Source: an uncultured Gemmatimonadales bacterium
GTDB taxonomy: Bacteria > Gemmatimonadota > Gemmatimonadetes > Longimicrobiales > RSA9
Length of the DNA stretch: 64,000 nucleotides
Direction of reading: 5' to 3'
NCBI GenBank assembly: GCA_963798085.1
Contig: CAWCRS010000007.1
Coordinates: forward strand, 672,001-736,000
This document shows, in pieces, positions 39,865 through 50,444 of the stretch. The notes under the pieces are model-generated. The model was not told the DNA's origin and made no database searches. It worked only from the letters and a program-made list of their open reading frames with translations. The number at the start of each line of letters is the position of its first letter. Position 1 is the stretch's first letter. Made by a program: the position numbers and the translations under genes.

Positions 39865-42800
39865 GCGCGACGCAGGTGCCGGAATCTGCCCGGCGTCATG
39901 AGCCGGCGCCGGCGGCGCCGGCCTCGCCGCGGCCGGCAGCGAAGCGCGCGACCGTGGACGGCAACGAAGCGTGCGCCGACGTGGCGTACCGTGTGAACGA
40001 GGTCTGCGCGATCTACCCGATCACGCCTTCCTCGCCCATGGCCGAGCTGGCGGACCAGTGGTCCAGCGAGGGGCGGAGCAATCTGTGGGGCGCGGTGCCG
40101 CAGGTGGTGGAGATGCAGAGCGAGGCGGGGGCGGCGGGTGCGCTGCACGGCGCTCTGCAGGCGGGCGCGCTGACCACGACCTTCACGGCGTCGCAGGGCC
40201 TGCTGCTGATGATTCCCAACATGTACCGCATCGCGGGCGAGCTGACGTCCTGCGTGTTCCACGTGGCGGCGCGCTCGCTGGCCACACACGCGCTGTCGAT
40301 CTTCGGCGACCATCAGGACGTGATGGCGGTGCGCGCCACGGGATTCGCGCAGCTCGCGGCGGCATCGGTGCAGGAGGCGCACGATCTGGCGGCCATCGCG
40401 CAGATGGCGACGCTGGAATCGCGGCTGCCGTTCGTGCACTTCTTCGATGGTTTCCGCACCTCGCACGAAATTCAGAAGATCACGCTGCTGTCGGATGACG
40501 ATCTGCGCGTACTGCTGTCCGATGACCAAGTGTTAGCGCATTGGCGGCGCGCGCTCAATCCGGACTCGCCCTTCATACGCGGCACGGCGCAGAATCCCGA
40601 TGTCTATTTCCAGGGCCGGGAGGCGGCGAATCCGCACTACCGTCGGGGCAGCGCCATTGTGGAGTCGGCCATGGAGCGCTTTGCGGCGCTGACGGGGCGC
40701 CGCTACCACCTGTTCGATTACTACGGCGCACCGGAGCCGGAGCGTGTGCTGGTGCTCATGGGCTCGGGCGCGGAGACGGCGCGCGAGACGGTGGAGTACC
40801 TGGCGGCGCGCGGTGAGCCGGTGGGTGTGGTGTGCGTGCACCTCTTCCGTCCATTCTCCGCCGAGCACCTGCTGGCTGCGATACCGCCCAGCACGCGCAG
40901 CCTGGCGGTGCTGGACCGCACCAAGGAGCCGGGCGCGCCGGCGGAGCCGCTGCACCTCGACGTAACACTGGCGTTCGCAGAAGCGGCGGCTGCGGGGCGC
41001 AACGGTGAGGAGCGTCGTCGCCCGATCCGCATCGTGGGTGGACGCTACGGACTGTCGTCGAAGGAATTCACGCCCGCCATGATCAAGGGCGTGCTGGACG
41101 AGCTGCGCGCCGGTGCGCCGCGCAATCACTTCACGGTGGGCATACACGACGACGTGAGCGGCACCAGCCTGCCCTGGGATGCCGATTTCACGACGGAATC
41201 GGACGACGTGTACCGCGCCGTCTTCTACGGCCTGGGCTCGGACGGCACGGTGGGCGCGAACAAGAACACGATCAAGATCCTGGGCGAGGATGCGGCAATA
41301 CAGCCGCAGGGCTACTTCGTCTACGATTCCAAGAAAGCCGGCTCGCAGACCGTGTCGCACGTGCGCTTTGCCCGCTCGCCCATCCGATCGGCGTACCTGA
41401 TCGGGGCGGCGCAGTTCGTGGCCTGCCATCAGTTCTCGTTCCTGGAGCGACGGGATGTGCTGTCGGCGGCGGCGCCGGGAGCGACCTTCCTTCTTAACAC
41501 CGTGTTCGGGCCGGACGAAGTGTGGGAACAGCTGCCGCGACCGGTGCAGGAGCAGATCCTGGCGCGGCGGCTGCGCTGCTTCGTGATCGATGCCAGCGGC
41601 GTGGCACAGGACACGGGCATGGGCGAACGCACGGGCACGATCCTGCAGACCTGCTTCTTCGCGCTGTCCGGTGTGCTGCCGCGCGAGCAGGCGCTGGAGC
41701 GCATCAAGGCCGCCATCCGGAAGACGTACGGCAGGAAGGGCGAGGAGGTGGTGCGCAGGAACTTCGCAGCGGTGGATGCGACGCTGGAGCGGCTGCACGA
41801 AGTGCGCGTGCCGCAGTCGGCAAGCAGCCGGCGCGCCCGCCTGCCGGTGGTGCCGGCGCAGGCGCCCGAGTTCGTGCGTCGCGTGACGGCTGCCATGCTG
41901 GAAGGCGTCGGCGACGCGCTGCCTGTCAGCGCGCTGCCCGTGGACGGCACCTATCCGAGCGGCACGGCCCGATGGGAGAAGCGCAACCTGGCCACGCACG
42001 TGCCCATTTGGGATCCGGCGGTGTGCATCCAGTGCGGCAACTGCGCGCTGGTCTGCCCGCACGGCGTGATCCGCGCGCGGCTCTATCCGCAGGCGAGGCT
42101 GGCGGAGGCGCCGGTCGACTTCCCCTCGGCGCCCATCGATGCGCGCGGCTTCCCGGACACGCGCTACACGCTGCAGGTCTATGCGGAAGACTGCACGGGC
42201 TGCGCTCTGTGCGTGGAAGCATGCCCGGCGAAGAACAAGCAGGCGGTGGGTCGCAAGGCCATCAACATGGAGCCGAAGCCGGACACCATGGATGCGGTGC
42301 GCGAGCACATCGCGTTCTTCGAGGCGCTGCCGCTTACACCGCGCGGCGCCGTGGATTTTTCGACGGTGCGCGGCACGCAGTTCCTGGAGCCGCTGTTCGA
42401 GTTCTCGGGCGCGTGCGCGGGTTGCGGCGAGACACCCTACATCAAGCTGATCTCGCAGCTTTTCGGCGATCGCATGCTGGTGGCGAATGCCACGGGCTGC
42501 TCGTCGATCTATGGCGGCAATCTGCCAACCACACCATGGACCGTGAACGCGGAGGGCCGCGGCCCGGCGTGGTCGAACTCACTGTTCGAGGATAACGCGG
42601 AGTTCGGGCTGGGCATGCGCCTGGCGGCGGACCGGCACATGGGCGAGGCGGTGCAACGGCTGCAGGCCATGCGCGCCGAGCTGGGCGATGCGCTGGTCGA
42701 GGGTCTCTGCGAAGCACCGCAGCGCACGGAGCTGGAGATCCGGCTGCAGCGCGAGCGGCTGGCGGAGCTGCGTGCCCGACTGGCCGGCCGCGAGTCGGAG

Positions 42801-43490
42801 CTGGAAGTGCGGCATCTGCTGGCGGTGGCCGACCACCTGGTGCGACGCAGTGTCTGGCTGGTGGGCGGTGATGGCTGGGCGTATGACATTGGCTCCGCCG
42901 GCGTAGACCACGTGCTGGCCAGCGGTCGCGATGTCAACGTGCTGGTGCTGGACACGGAGGTCTACTCGAATACGGGTGGCCAGGCATCGAAGTCCACGCC
43001 CATGGCGGCGGTCGCGAAGTTTGCCAATGGCGGGAAGCTCACGGACAAGAAGGACATCGCGCTGCAGGCCATCGCCTATGGCAACGTGTACGTGGCGCGC
43101 GTGGCAATGGGCGCCAATCCGCAGCATACGCTGCTGGCGCTGCGCGAGGCGGAAGCCTATCCCGGTCCATCGCTGGTGCTGGCCTACAGTCACTGCATCG
43201 CGCACGGCATCAACATGCAGCACGGGCTGGAGCAGCAGAGTCGCGCGGTGCACTGCGGCTACTGGCCGCTGCTGCGTTACAACCCGGAGCTGCGCGCGGT
43301 GGGCGAGAATCCGTTCACGCTGGACTCGGCGCGCGCGGGACTGCGCTTCCGCGAGTACGCGGACAACGAGCTGCGCTACCGCATGCTGGCGCGCACCAAC
43401 CCCACACACGCAGAGTCATTGCTGCGGCAGGCAGAGGAAGCGATCGCGCGCCGCTGGCATCTCTACGAACAGATGGCGGGGCTGCAATGA
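39861..43490 (+). CDS. nifJ: Pyruvate:ferredoxin (flavodoxin) oxidoreductase
   Basis: YPITPS, MQSEAGAAG, GLGSDGTVGANKN, two CxxCxxC motifs, FSGACAGCGE, GGDGWAYDIG. Confidence 0.97.
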   Translation: MSATQVPESARRHEPAPAAPASPRPAAKRATVDGNEACADVAYRVNEVCAIYPITPSSPMAELADQWSSEGRSNLWGAVPQVVEMQSEAGAAGALHGALQAGALTTTFTASQGLLLMIPNMYRIAGELTSCVFHVAARSLATHALSIFGDHQDVMAVRATGFAQLAAASVQEAHDLAAIAQMATLESRLPFVHFFDGFRTSHEIQKITLLSDDDLRVLLSDDQVLAHWRRALNPDSPFIRGTAQNPDVYFQGREAANPHYRRGSAIVESAMERFAALTGRRYHLFDYYGAPEPERVLVLMGSGAETARETVEYLAARGEPVGVVCVHLFRPFSAEHLLAAIPPSTRSLAVLDRTKEPGAPAEPLHLDVTLAFAEAAAAGRNGEERRRPIRIVGGRYGLSSKEFTPAMIKGVLDELRAGAPRNHFTVGIHDDVSGTSLPWDADFTTESDDVYRAVFYGLGSDGTVGANKNTIKILGEDAAIQPQGYFVYDSKKAGSQTVSHVRFARSPIRSAYLIGAAQFVACHQFSFLERRDVLSAAAPGATFLLNTVFGPDEVWEQLPRPVQEQILARRLRCFVIDASGVAQDTGMGERTGTILQTCFFALSGVLPREQALERIKAAIRKTYGRKGEEVVRRNFAAVDATLERLHEVRVPQSASSRRARLPVVPAQAPEFVRRVTAAMLEGVGDALPVSALPVDGTYPSGTARWEKRNLATHVPIWDPAVCIQCGNCALVCPHGVIRARLYPQARLAEAPVDFPSAPIDARGFPDTRYTLQVYAEDCTGCALCVEACPAKNKQAVGRKAINMEPKPDTMDAVREHIAFFEALPLTPRGAVDFSTVRGTQFLEPLFEFSGACAGCGETPYIKLISQLFGDRMLVANATGCSSIYGGNLPTTPWTVNAEGRGPAWSNSLFEDNAEFGLGMRLAADRHMGEAVQRLQAMRAELGDALVEGLCEAPQRTELEIRLQRERLAELRARLAGRESELEVRHLLAVADHLVRRSVWLVGGDGWAYDIGSAGVDHVLASGRDVNVLVLDTEVYSNTGGQASKSTPMAAVAKFANGGKLTDKKDIALQAIAYGNVYVARVAMGANPQHTLLALREAEAYPGPSLVLAYSHCIAHGINMQHGLEQQSRAVHCGYWPLLRYNPELRAVGENPFTLDSARAGLRFREYADNELRYRMLARTNPTHAESLLRQAEEAIARRWHLYEQMAGLQ

Positions 43491-44494
43491 CGGACCTGCG
43501 GACGCAATACCTCGGGCTCACGCTCGAGCATCCGGTGGTGGCATTGGCGTCACCGCTCTCGCACACGCTGGATGGCATTCGCCGCCTGGAGGATGGCGGT
43601 GCCTCGGCCATCGTGCTGTTCTCGCTGTTCGAAGAGCAGATCCGGCGGGAGAACGAAGCGTACGACTACCTGCTGAACGCGGGCGTGGAGAGTTTCGCCG
43701 AATCGCTCAGCTATTTCCCCAGCGCGAACGGCCACGAGGCCGGGCCGGACGCGTATCTCGAGCTGATTCGTCGGGCCAAGGAGAGCGTGGGCGTGCCGGT
43801 GATCGCCAGCCTGAACGGCGTGACGCCCGCGGGCTGGACGTCATGGGCGCACGACATGCAGGAAGCGGGCGCTGACGCCATCGAGCTGAACATCTTCCAC
43901 ATCGCTTCCAGCATGGACGTGAGCAGCCGCAATGTGGAGCAGCAATACGTGGACGTGGTGCGCGCGGTACGCGGGCATGTGCACATCCCGCTGGCGGTGA
44001 AGCTGGGGCCCTACTTCAGCGCATTCGGCGAAATGGCGAAGCGCCTGGTGATGATGGGCGCGGACGGACTGGTTCTGTTCAATCGCTTCTATCAGCCCGA
44101 TTTCGACCTGGAACGCATGGACGTGATCGCGGACGCGCGTCTCAGCTCGCCGCTGGAGATTCGCCTGCCGCTGTTGTGGCTGGCGGTGCTGCACGGTCGC
44201 GTGCGCGCTTCACTGGCGGCCACGACCGGCGTGTGGAGCGAGCGCGAAGTCGTGAAGTACCTGCTGGCGGGGGCGGACGTGGCCATGACCACGTCGTCGC
44301 TGCTGCGCAATGGTCCCGAGCACACACGCACGATGGTGGATGGACTGCGCGCATGGATGGAGGAGCGCGGATACGAGTCGGTGCTGCAGATGAAGGGCGC
44401 GATGAGCCAGCGCAACGTGGCGGATCCCGAAGCCTTCGAGCGGGCGCATTACATCCAGATTCTGCAGAGCTGGAGGAATCCCTGGGTCCCCTGA
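43487..44494 (+). CDS. Dihydroorotate dehydrogenase-like FMN protein (NifJ-associated)
   Basis: T.YLGL.L..P, SLFEEQI, PVIASLNG, ELN, VKL.P, FNRFYQPD. Confidence 0.88.
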   Translation: MTDLRTQYLGLTLEHPVVALASPLSHTLDGIRRLEDGGASAIVLFSLFEEQIRRENEAYDYLLNAGVESFAESLSYFPSANGHEAGPDAYLELIRRAKESVGVPVIASLNGVTPAGWTSWAHDMQEAGADAIELNIFHIASSMDVSSRNVEQQYVDVVRAVRGHVHIPLAVKLGPYFSAFGEMAKRLVMMGADGLVLFNRFYQPDFDLERMDVIADARLSSPLEIRLPLLWLAVLHGRVRASLAATTGVWSEREVVKYLLAGADVAMTTSSLLRNGPEHTRTMVDGLRAWMEERGYESVLQMKGAMSQRNVADPEAFERAHYIQILQSWRNPWVP

Positions 44495-44506
44495 AGGAGG
44501 GCCGGG

Positions 44507-44893
44507 ATGAAGACGCAACAGACATTCTGTGAAGCGTGCCAGCGGCGGGTGCGGCTGGTCGTGCCGCCGGCGAGTGCGTACAGCGGGCAGGCCGTGGTGG
44601 CGGATCAGGCCGAGGTCGTTTGCCTGGACTTCGGCGACGCGTGCCCCAGCTCCGGTTGTCCGGTCACCGGTCTGCCGCGACTGCTGATGGGCGTCCGTCT
44701 GGCGCAGAGCGGCTGGCGGCCCGAAGCATTGCAGCGCATTCGCGTCCCCTGTCGGAGCTGCGGTCTGGTGACGGAATTCGAGTTGCTGGACGCCGCGCAC
44801 GCGCGCTGCTGTGCATGCGGAGCGCGTCACCGTCTGGTGCACGTGCAGACGGGCAGCGCCGGCTATCTCGCGCTTACGGTGGCGCCCGACTGA
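44507..44893 (+). CDS. Cys-rich zinc-ribbon-like hypothetical protein
   Basis: RBS aaggagg; CEAC, C.D.G..C....CP, CRSC, CCAC. Confidence 0.65.
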   Translation: MKTQQTFCEACQRRVRLVVPPASAYSGQAVVADQAEVVCLDFGDACPSSGCPVTGLPRLLMGVRLAQSGWRPEALQRIRVPCRSCGLVTEFELLDAAHARCCACGARHRLVHVQTGSAGYLALTVAPD

Positions 44894-44965
44894 GTCAGCT
44901 GCGCTGCTGTATGGGGATCCGGGTGTGCATTCGGCGCGCGCAGGTCCCGCAACGTGCAGGCGATT

Positions 44966-45931
44966 TCAGTGCCCAGGCACCGCCGCGGAGTCCGCGGAGC
45001 GCAGGAAATCGCGCACCACCTTCACATTCTCGTCCCGCGCGTCCCACATCGTGATGTGCGCGGCGCCGGGCAATACGGTGACTCGCGCCCCGGGGACGAG
45101 CTGCGAAAAGCCCCGCACCAGCTCGGGCCCCACCTCATCGAATTCGCCAACCGTGAACAGCGTGGGCACGGCGATCTGCGGCAGGAACGACTTCACGTCA
45201 TACTGCTTGAGTGTGCCTGTAATGGTGAACTCGCTGGGTCCCTGCATGTAGTTGTAGATCGATTCATTGGCCGTGGAGAACAGGCTGTCGAGGTCGGCCT
45301 GCACCGGGTGACGGTACAGGTAGAGCGCATAGAACTGATTGATGGCGTTCTGGTAGTCGGGCGCATCGAAGCGATGCGCTGCCTCGGCGCGGCGCACGGC
45401 GCGCTGCGAGGAGTCCGGCAGTGTGGCAAGCAGCTGTGCCGCGCGCGTCTCGTAGGCAGGAATGTCGAATACCGCACTGCCGAAAGTCAGGGAAGCGACG
45501 TGCTCGGGATGGGCGCGATAGTACTCGAGGGCGAGGATCGTGCCCCACGAGTGGCCGAACACGTGCCAGCGCGCCACGCCCAGGTGGGAACGCAGCGAGT
45601 CCAGCTCATTAACGAAGTGTTCGATGGTGAACATCGTCGTGTCAGAAATCCGGTCTGATTTGCCGCCGCCCAGCTGATCGTAGCGAATGACGCTGCGGTC
45701 GTCGCCGAGGTCCTCGAATGCCTTGAGGTAATAGCTGGAGAAGCCGGGTCCGCCGTGCAGCAACACGACGGGAACCCCGGTACCGGTGCCGGTGACGCGG
45801 TACCAGATGCTGCCGCCGGGTACGGCGAGGCGGTTCTCACCGGTGGGCAGCGGCGTGGCCGGCGCGTGCGAAGCGGGCTCGGCGCAGGCGACGGCGAGCA
45901 GGGCCACGGGCAGCAGCGTGCAGGTGCGCAT
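44966..45931 (-). CDS. pip: Proline iminopeptidase (S33, tricorn F1-like), lipoprotein
   Basis: HGGPG, YDQLG.G.S, GHSWG, M.GPSEF..G.L, GEFDE, AAH. Confidence 0.88.
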   Translation of the reverse strand: MRTCTLLPVALLAVACAEPASHAPATPLPTGENRLAVPGGSIWYRVTGTGTGVPVVLLHGGPGFSSYYLKAFEDLGDDRSVIRYDQLGGGKSDRISDTTMFTIEHFVNELDSLRSHLGVARWHVFGHSWGTILALEYYRAHPEHVASLTFGSAVFDIPAYETRAAQLLATLPDSSQRAVRRAEAAHRFDAPDYQNAINQFYALYLYRHPVQADLDSLFSTANESIYNYMQGPSEFTITGTLKQYDVKSFLPQIAVPTLFTVGEFDEVGPELVRGFSQLVPGARVTVLPGAAHITMWDARDENVKVVRDFLRSADSAAVPGH

Positions 45932-46004
45932 ATGCGGCTTTCGGAGAGGGAGGCGCACAGTCTACGCGCAGCGGTGTGCGCCGGCAAGCCGCCTCGCCTG
46001 CGCT

Positions 46005-46290
46005 TCAACCAGACTGCAGCGTGCGCGCGGGATCGATGCGCGCGGCGCGCCGTGCGGGCAGGGCACTGGCGAGGCGTGCGAGCAGGCCCAGGCACAGGGC
46101 GACAGCCCCGCAGGTCAGCGGGTCGGTGCTGCCCACGCCGAACAGGAAGTTAGCCACGCTGCGGCGTCCGGCTGCTGCCGCGACCAGGCCCGCCGCGAAG
46201 CGCAGACAGGCGGCGGGCCCGAGCCTGCTGGCTCCGGCGATGGAGGTTTGCTCCATCGGCCTGCGCCGGAGCCAGCAGCAGTTCCATCGC
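46005..46290 (-). pseudogene. C-terminal remnant of an ADOP/FtsX permease
   Basis: FLFGV..DPLT..LASALPARRAARIDPARTLQ resembles the end of 33541-36372; the rest of the gene is absent. Confidence 0.7.
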
Positions 46291-46292
46291 GC

Positions 46293-49200
46293 TCAGCTTG
46301 CCACGTTGATCTGCGGCGCCAGGAGCTTGTACATGACCGGCGTCACCAGCCGTGCCAGCAGTGTGGAGGAGATCAGACCGCCGATGATCACCCACGCGAG
46401 CGGGGCGTAGAGTCCCGCGCCCTGCAGTGCCAGCGGCAGCAGGCCGCCAATAGCGGTCATGCTGGTGAGCACAATGGGCAGGAAACGCACTTCGCCGGCC
46501 TTGCGAATGGCGTGTTCCAGGTCGGCGCCCTGCGCGCGCAACTGGTTGGTCAGATCGACGAGCAGGATCGACGTCTTGATCTCGATGCCGATCAGCGCGA
46601 CGAAGCCGATGGTCGCCGTGAACGACAGCGTGTTACCGGTGAGGAAGAGCGCCAGAATGCCGCCCATGATGCCCAGTGGAATGACGGACGCGACGATGAG
46701 TGTGCCGCGGAATGTGCGGAACTCGAGCACCAGGATGGCAAGGATGGCGAAGGTCGCGACGAGAATGGCGCTGCCCACGCCGCCGAAGCTCTGCTGCCGG
46801 CTCTCGATCTCGCCCGCCGGCATGATGCGATAGCCGGTGGGCAGCTGGACCTGCTGCAGCGAAGCGAGCACCTGACGCGTGAGCCGGTCGGTGTTGTAAC
46901 CGGTGCGCACAAAGCTCGTGACCGTCACGGTACGCTCGCGGTTGTAGCGACCGATTTCCGGCAGTGCGGTTTCGAAGCGGACATCGGCGAGCTGACGCAG
47001 CGGGGTGAGCTGGCCGGCGGGCGATGCGACGTACACACGATCGAGGTCAGCGGGCGTCGGACGCGTGTAACCCGCCAGACGCACCACGACGGGGCGCTCG
47101 TCGCCTGAAGACTCGCGCAGAATGCCGGCGTTGAGTCCGGCCAGGCCCAGGCGCACGGTACGATCGATCTCGAGCGTGGGAATGCCGAGCAGCCCCGCCT
47201 TGTCCCGGTCGATCACCACACGCAGATCGGTGCGCTCCAGGCGCACGGGATTGTCGACATACTGCGTCCCGGGCGTCGCAGCCAACACGGCTTCCACCTG
47301 CGCCGCGAGCGTGCGCAGCGTGTCCAGGTCCGGGCCCTGCACGCGCAGCGCGATGGGCGCATCAATGAGCGGACCGTTTTCGAACTCGCGCAGCTCGAGC
47401 TTCGCTGCCGGATACTGCGCCAGCTCCGTGCGCATGCTGTCGAGCAGCGCGGGCGTCCGTTGCTGGTTGTACTCGTCGAGCACCACGAAGAGCTGCCCGA
47501 CGCGCGAATTCTCACGGCGGGGCACCACGTTGTAATACATCTGCGGATTGTCGCGGCCCACGGAGGTGAACACCGCACGCACTTCGGGCCGGCGCAGCAT
47601 GATGCCTTCGGCGAAACGCGCGGCGTGGTCCGTGGCTTCAATGCTGGCGCCCTCGGGCGCGGTGATGCGCACGTAGAACTGCGGCGTTTCCGCCTTGGGG
47701 AAGAGCGAAAAGCCCACTGCCGGAATCAGTGCGGCGCTGCCCGCCACGAAGATGCCGGCAGCCAGGAGCGCGAGCACCGGACGGCGCAGAGCGCGATCCA
47801 GCAGGGGCGCGTAGGTCGCGTGCACGACGCGATCGAAGGCGCGCAGAAAACGGTTACCCGTCCCCGCCTCGTGCCGCGGCAACACCAGGCTGGCGAGCCA
47901 GGGAATGATGGTGAGCGATACAAAGAGCGATGCAACGACCGTGTAGATGACGGCGATGGGGAGCGAGCGGATGTAGCGTCCGGGCCCGCCCGGCAGGAAG
48001 AGCAGCGGCACGAAGGCGAAGACGAGCGTCGCGGTGGCGCCCACGACGGCGACGGCGATCTGCTTCGTCGCTTCAATGGCGGCTTCCGTGCGGGTTCGCC
48101 CTTCGCGCAGGAAGCGCGTGATGTTCTCGACCACGACAATGGAGTCATCGACCAGCAGGCCCAGCGCGATCACCGCGCCCACGATGGAGAGCTGGTTGAT
48201 GGTGAAGCCGGTCCAGCGCAGCAGGGTGAGGCCAATGGCGAGGGACAGGGGAATGGAGACCATGACGATGCCGGCCGCGCGGATGCCGAGCGGCAGCAGC
48301 GTCAGCATTACCAGCAGAATGGCGATGAGCAGGTCCTCGCCCAGGCGGGACAGACGGTGGGTGACGTTGGTGGCCTGATCGAAGCCGCGCTCGAGGCGGA
48401 CGCCGGCGGGCAGTCCGCTTTCGAACTCGTCGAGCACACGCCACACGCTGTCGCGCACGCGGTTGATGACCTGGCCATCCTGCTGCGTAACGGTCACGAA
48501 CACAGCGCGCTGGCCGTTGTAGCGCGCGCGGTAGGTCGAGTCGGCGTAGCTCCAGCGGACGTCGGCGACGTCGCCTACGCGCAGCAGCTGGCCGCCGGAG
48601 GACCGTAACACCGTGTTACGGATCTGATCGAGCGACTCGTAGCTGCCGCTGGCGTGCACGTTGAAGCGGCGCAGCCCGGCTTCCACGGCGCCGCCGGGAA
48701 TGTCCGCACTCTCGCCGCCGATGGCCTGGAGCACGATGCCGGGCGGCAGGTTGAGCCGGCTGAGCCGGCCCAGGTCGAGCGCCACATCGACCCTCCGCTC
48801 GGGCGCGCCCCAGCGTTTGGCCGCGCGCACACCGGGCAGCGCGCCAATGCGATCCGTGAGCCGCTCGGCCAGCCGGTCCAGCTCGACGTACGGCGTGCCA
48901 GCGCTCACCAGCGCGAGCTGCGCGATGGAGACGTTGAGCGTACTGGCCCGGTCCACATAGAACTGCGCGAGATCGGCGGGCAGCTCGGGGCGCAGCGCAT
49001 TCACCTCGCGCAGTACTTCATCGTAGCGCTCGTCCGGATCCTCGCTGGCCTCGAACTGAATGAACGTGGTGGAGAGACCATCGACGATCTGACTCTGCAT
49101 GTGATCGATCTTGTCCAGCGCGTCCAGCCGCTCCTCCACCTTCTTCACGACCAGACGTTCCATGTCCGCGGCGGAGGCGCCGGGATAGGCGGCCACAATG

Positions 49201-49337
49201 GTGTACGCGGCAAAGTCGAGCGGCGGGTCTTCGCCCCGCGGAATGCTGAACCACGCGCTGACGCCGAGCACGACCAGCATCACGGAAATGATGACCGTGA
49301 ACTGGTAGTTGCGAACGGAAAACTCGAGCGGTTTCAC
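46293..49337 (-). CDS. RND efflux permease (AcrB/AcrD/AcrF family)
   Basis: YPGAS, GLLVDDSIVVVENI, R..PI..TS.T.I.GL.P, IIGGL.SST. Confidence 0.95.
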   Translation of the reverse strand: MKPLEFSVRNYQFTVIISVMLVVLGVSAWFSIPRGEDPPLDFAAYTIVAAYPGASAADMERLVVKKVEERLDALDKIDHMQSQIVDGLSTTFIQFEASEDPDERYDEVLREVNALRPELPADLAQFYVDRASTLNVSIAQLALVSAGTPYVELDRLAERLTDRIGALPGVRAAKRWGAPERRVDVALDLGRLSRLNLPPGIVLQAIGGESADIPGGAVEAGLRRFNVHASGSYESLDQIRNTVLRSSGGQLLRVGDVADVRWSYADSTYRARYNGQRAVFVTVTQQDGQVINRVRDSVWRVLDEFESGLPAGVRLERGFDQATNVTHRLSRLGEDLLIAILLVMLTLLPLGIRAAGIVMVSIPLSLAIGLTLLRWTGFTINQLSIVGAVIALGLLVDDSIVVVENITRFLREGRTRTEAAIEATKQIAVAVVGATATLVFAFVPLLFLPGGPGRYIRSLPIAVIYTVVASLFVSLTIIPWLASLVLPRHEAGTGNRFLRAFDRVVHATYAPLLDRALRRPVLALLAAGIFVAGSAALIPAVGFSLFPKAETPQFYVRITAPEGASIEATDHAARFAEGIMLRRPEVRAVFTSVGRDNPQMYYNVVPRRENSRVGQLFVVLDEYNQQRTPALLDSMRTELAQYPAAKLELREFENGPLIDAPIALRVQGPDLDTLRTLAAQVEAVLAATPGTQYVDNPVRLERTDLRVVIDRDKAGLLGIPTLEIDRTVRLGLAGLNAGILRESSGDERPVVVRLAGYTRPTPADLDRVYVASPAGQLTPLRQLADVRFETALPEIGRYNRERTVTVTSFVRTGYNTDRLTRQVLASLQQVQLPTGYRIMPAGEIESRQQSFGGVGSAILVATFAILAILVLEFRTFRGTLIVASVIPLGIMGGILALFLTGNTLSFTATIGFVALIGIEIKTSILLVDLTNQLRAQGADLEHAIRKAGEVRFLPIVLTSMTAIGGLLPLALQGAGLYAPLAWVIIGGLISSTLLARLVTPVMYKLLAPQINVAS

Positions 49338-50383
49338 CGGACCACCTTGACGGCCATGCCGTCGTCGAGGTAGGCGGCGCCATCCGTGAGTACGCGGGTG
49401 ACGTTCTCGAGACCGCTGGCAATGGCCACACGATCACCATCGAGGAAAGCGACAGTCACGCGCTTGCGCAGCGCGTGGCGGCCGTCGGCGGAAAGTGCGA
49501 ACACGGTTGCCGATGAGCCGTCCGCCTCGAGCACGGCCTCGACCGGCACAATGGCGGCGAGCCGGCGCTCGCGCGGCCGGATCTCGACCTGACCCACGAG
49601 ACCGGCGGTGAGCAACGCCGCACCGGGCAGCGTGACTTCGACGATGTACGTGCCGGTACCGGGCTCGGCCGCACCACCGATTTCCGTCACGGTGCCGCGC
49701 AACACGCGGTCAGGCAGGGCAGCGAAGCGCACAGTCGCGGAATCGCCGCGCTGCACGCGCAGCGCATCACGGTCGGCGAGGCCGGTACGCACGACTGCGC
49801 CACGCGCGCGGCTTCCCAGCACGAGGACCTGGGCGCCGGGCGCCACCAGCTCGCCGGGCTCCGCCTTGCGCCGCAGAATCACACCCTCCGCGGGCGCCAC
49901 GATCTCCGCGTAGCGACGATTGAAGCGCGCCGCCTCGAGGTCGGCGCGCGCCACCTGCGCCACGGTCTCCGCATCCTGCACCTGCACGCGCGTCACGACA
50001 CTGTCGACGAAGAGCCGCTGCGCGCGCGCCAGGTCGCGCTCCGCCTTCTCCGCCGCGCTCGCGGCGCGGGTCACGGCCGCGTCGATCTCGTGCACATCGA
50101 GCTGCGCCAGCGTCTGGCCCGCGCGCACGCTCTGGCCGGCATCCACCTCAATGCGCGCGATCACGCCGCCCACCTTGAAACCCAGCGCCACCTCCTCCTT
50201 GGGACCCAGCGTGCCCGTGGCAACAATGGGCAGCGCCAGTGGTTCGGTGGTCACGGGTACGGCACGCACCGTGGCGGGCTCATCCTTCGGCAGCTGCTGC
50301 GCGTTGCCGCGATGACAGGCGGACAACAGCGGCAGCAGCAGCAGCAGCCCGCGCGAGGCGTGGAACTTCAGACGCAATGACAT
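49334..50383 (-). CDS. RND periplasmic adaptor (MFP)
   Basis: Lipobox LSAC; G.I..I.V..GQ.V.AGQ.LA, I.AP..G.I. Confidence 0.93.
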   Translation of the reverse strand: MSLRLKFHASRGLLLLLPLLSACHRGNAQQLPKDEPATVRAVPVTTEPLALPIVATGTLGPKEEVALGFKVGGVIARIEVDAGQSVRAGQTLAQLDVHEIDAAVTRAASAAEKAERDLARAQRLFVDSVVTRVQVQDAETVAQVARADLEAARFNRRYAEIVAPAEGVILRRKAEPGELVAPGAQVLVLGSRARGAVVRTGLADRDALRVQRGDSATVRFAALPDRVLRGTVTEIGGAAEPGTGTYIVEVTLPGAALLTAGLVGQVEIRPRERRLAAIVPVEAVLEADGSSATVFALSADGRHALRKRVTVAFLDGDRVAIASGLENVTRVLTDGAAYLDDGMAVKVVR

Positions 50384-50444
50384 AGGATCCTCTCTTCTCC
50401 AATCGGCAGGGCATCATTCCAGGAAAGCGCGACCCGTGGCACGG

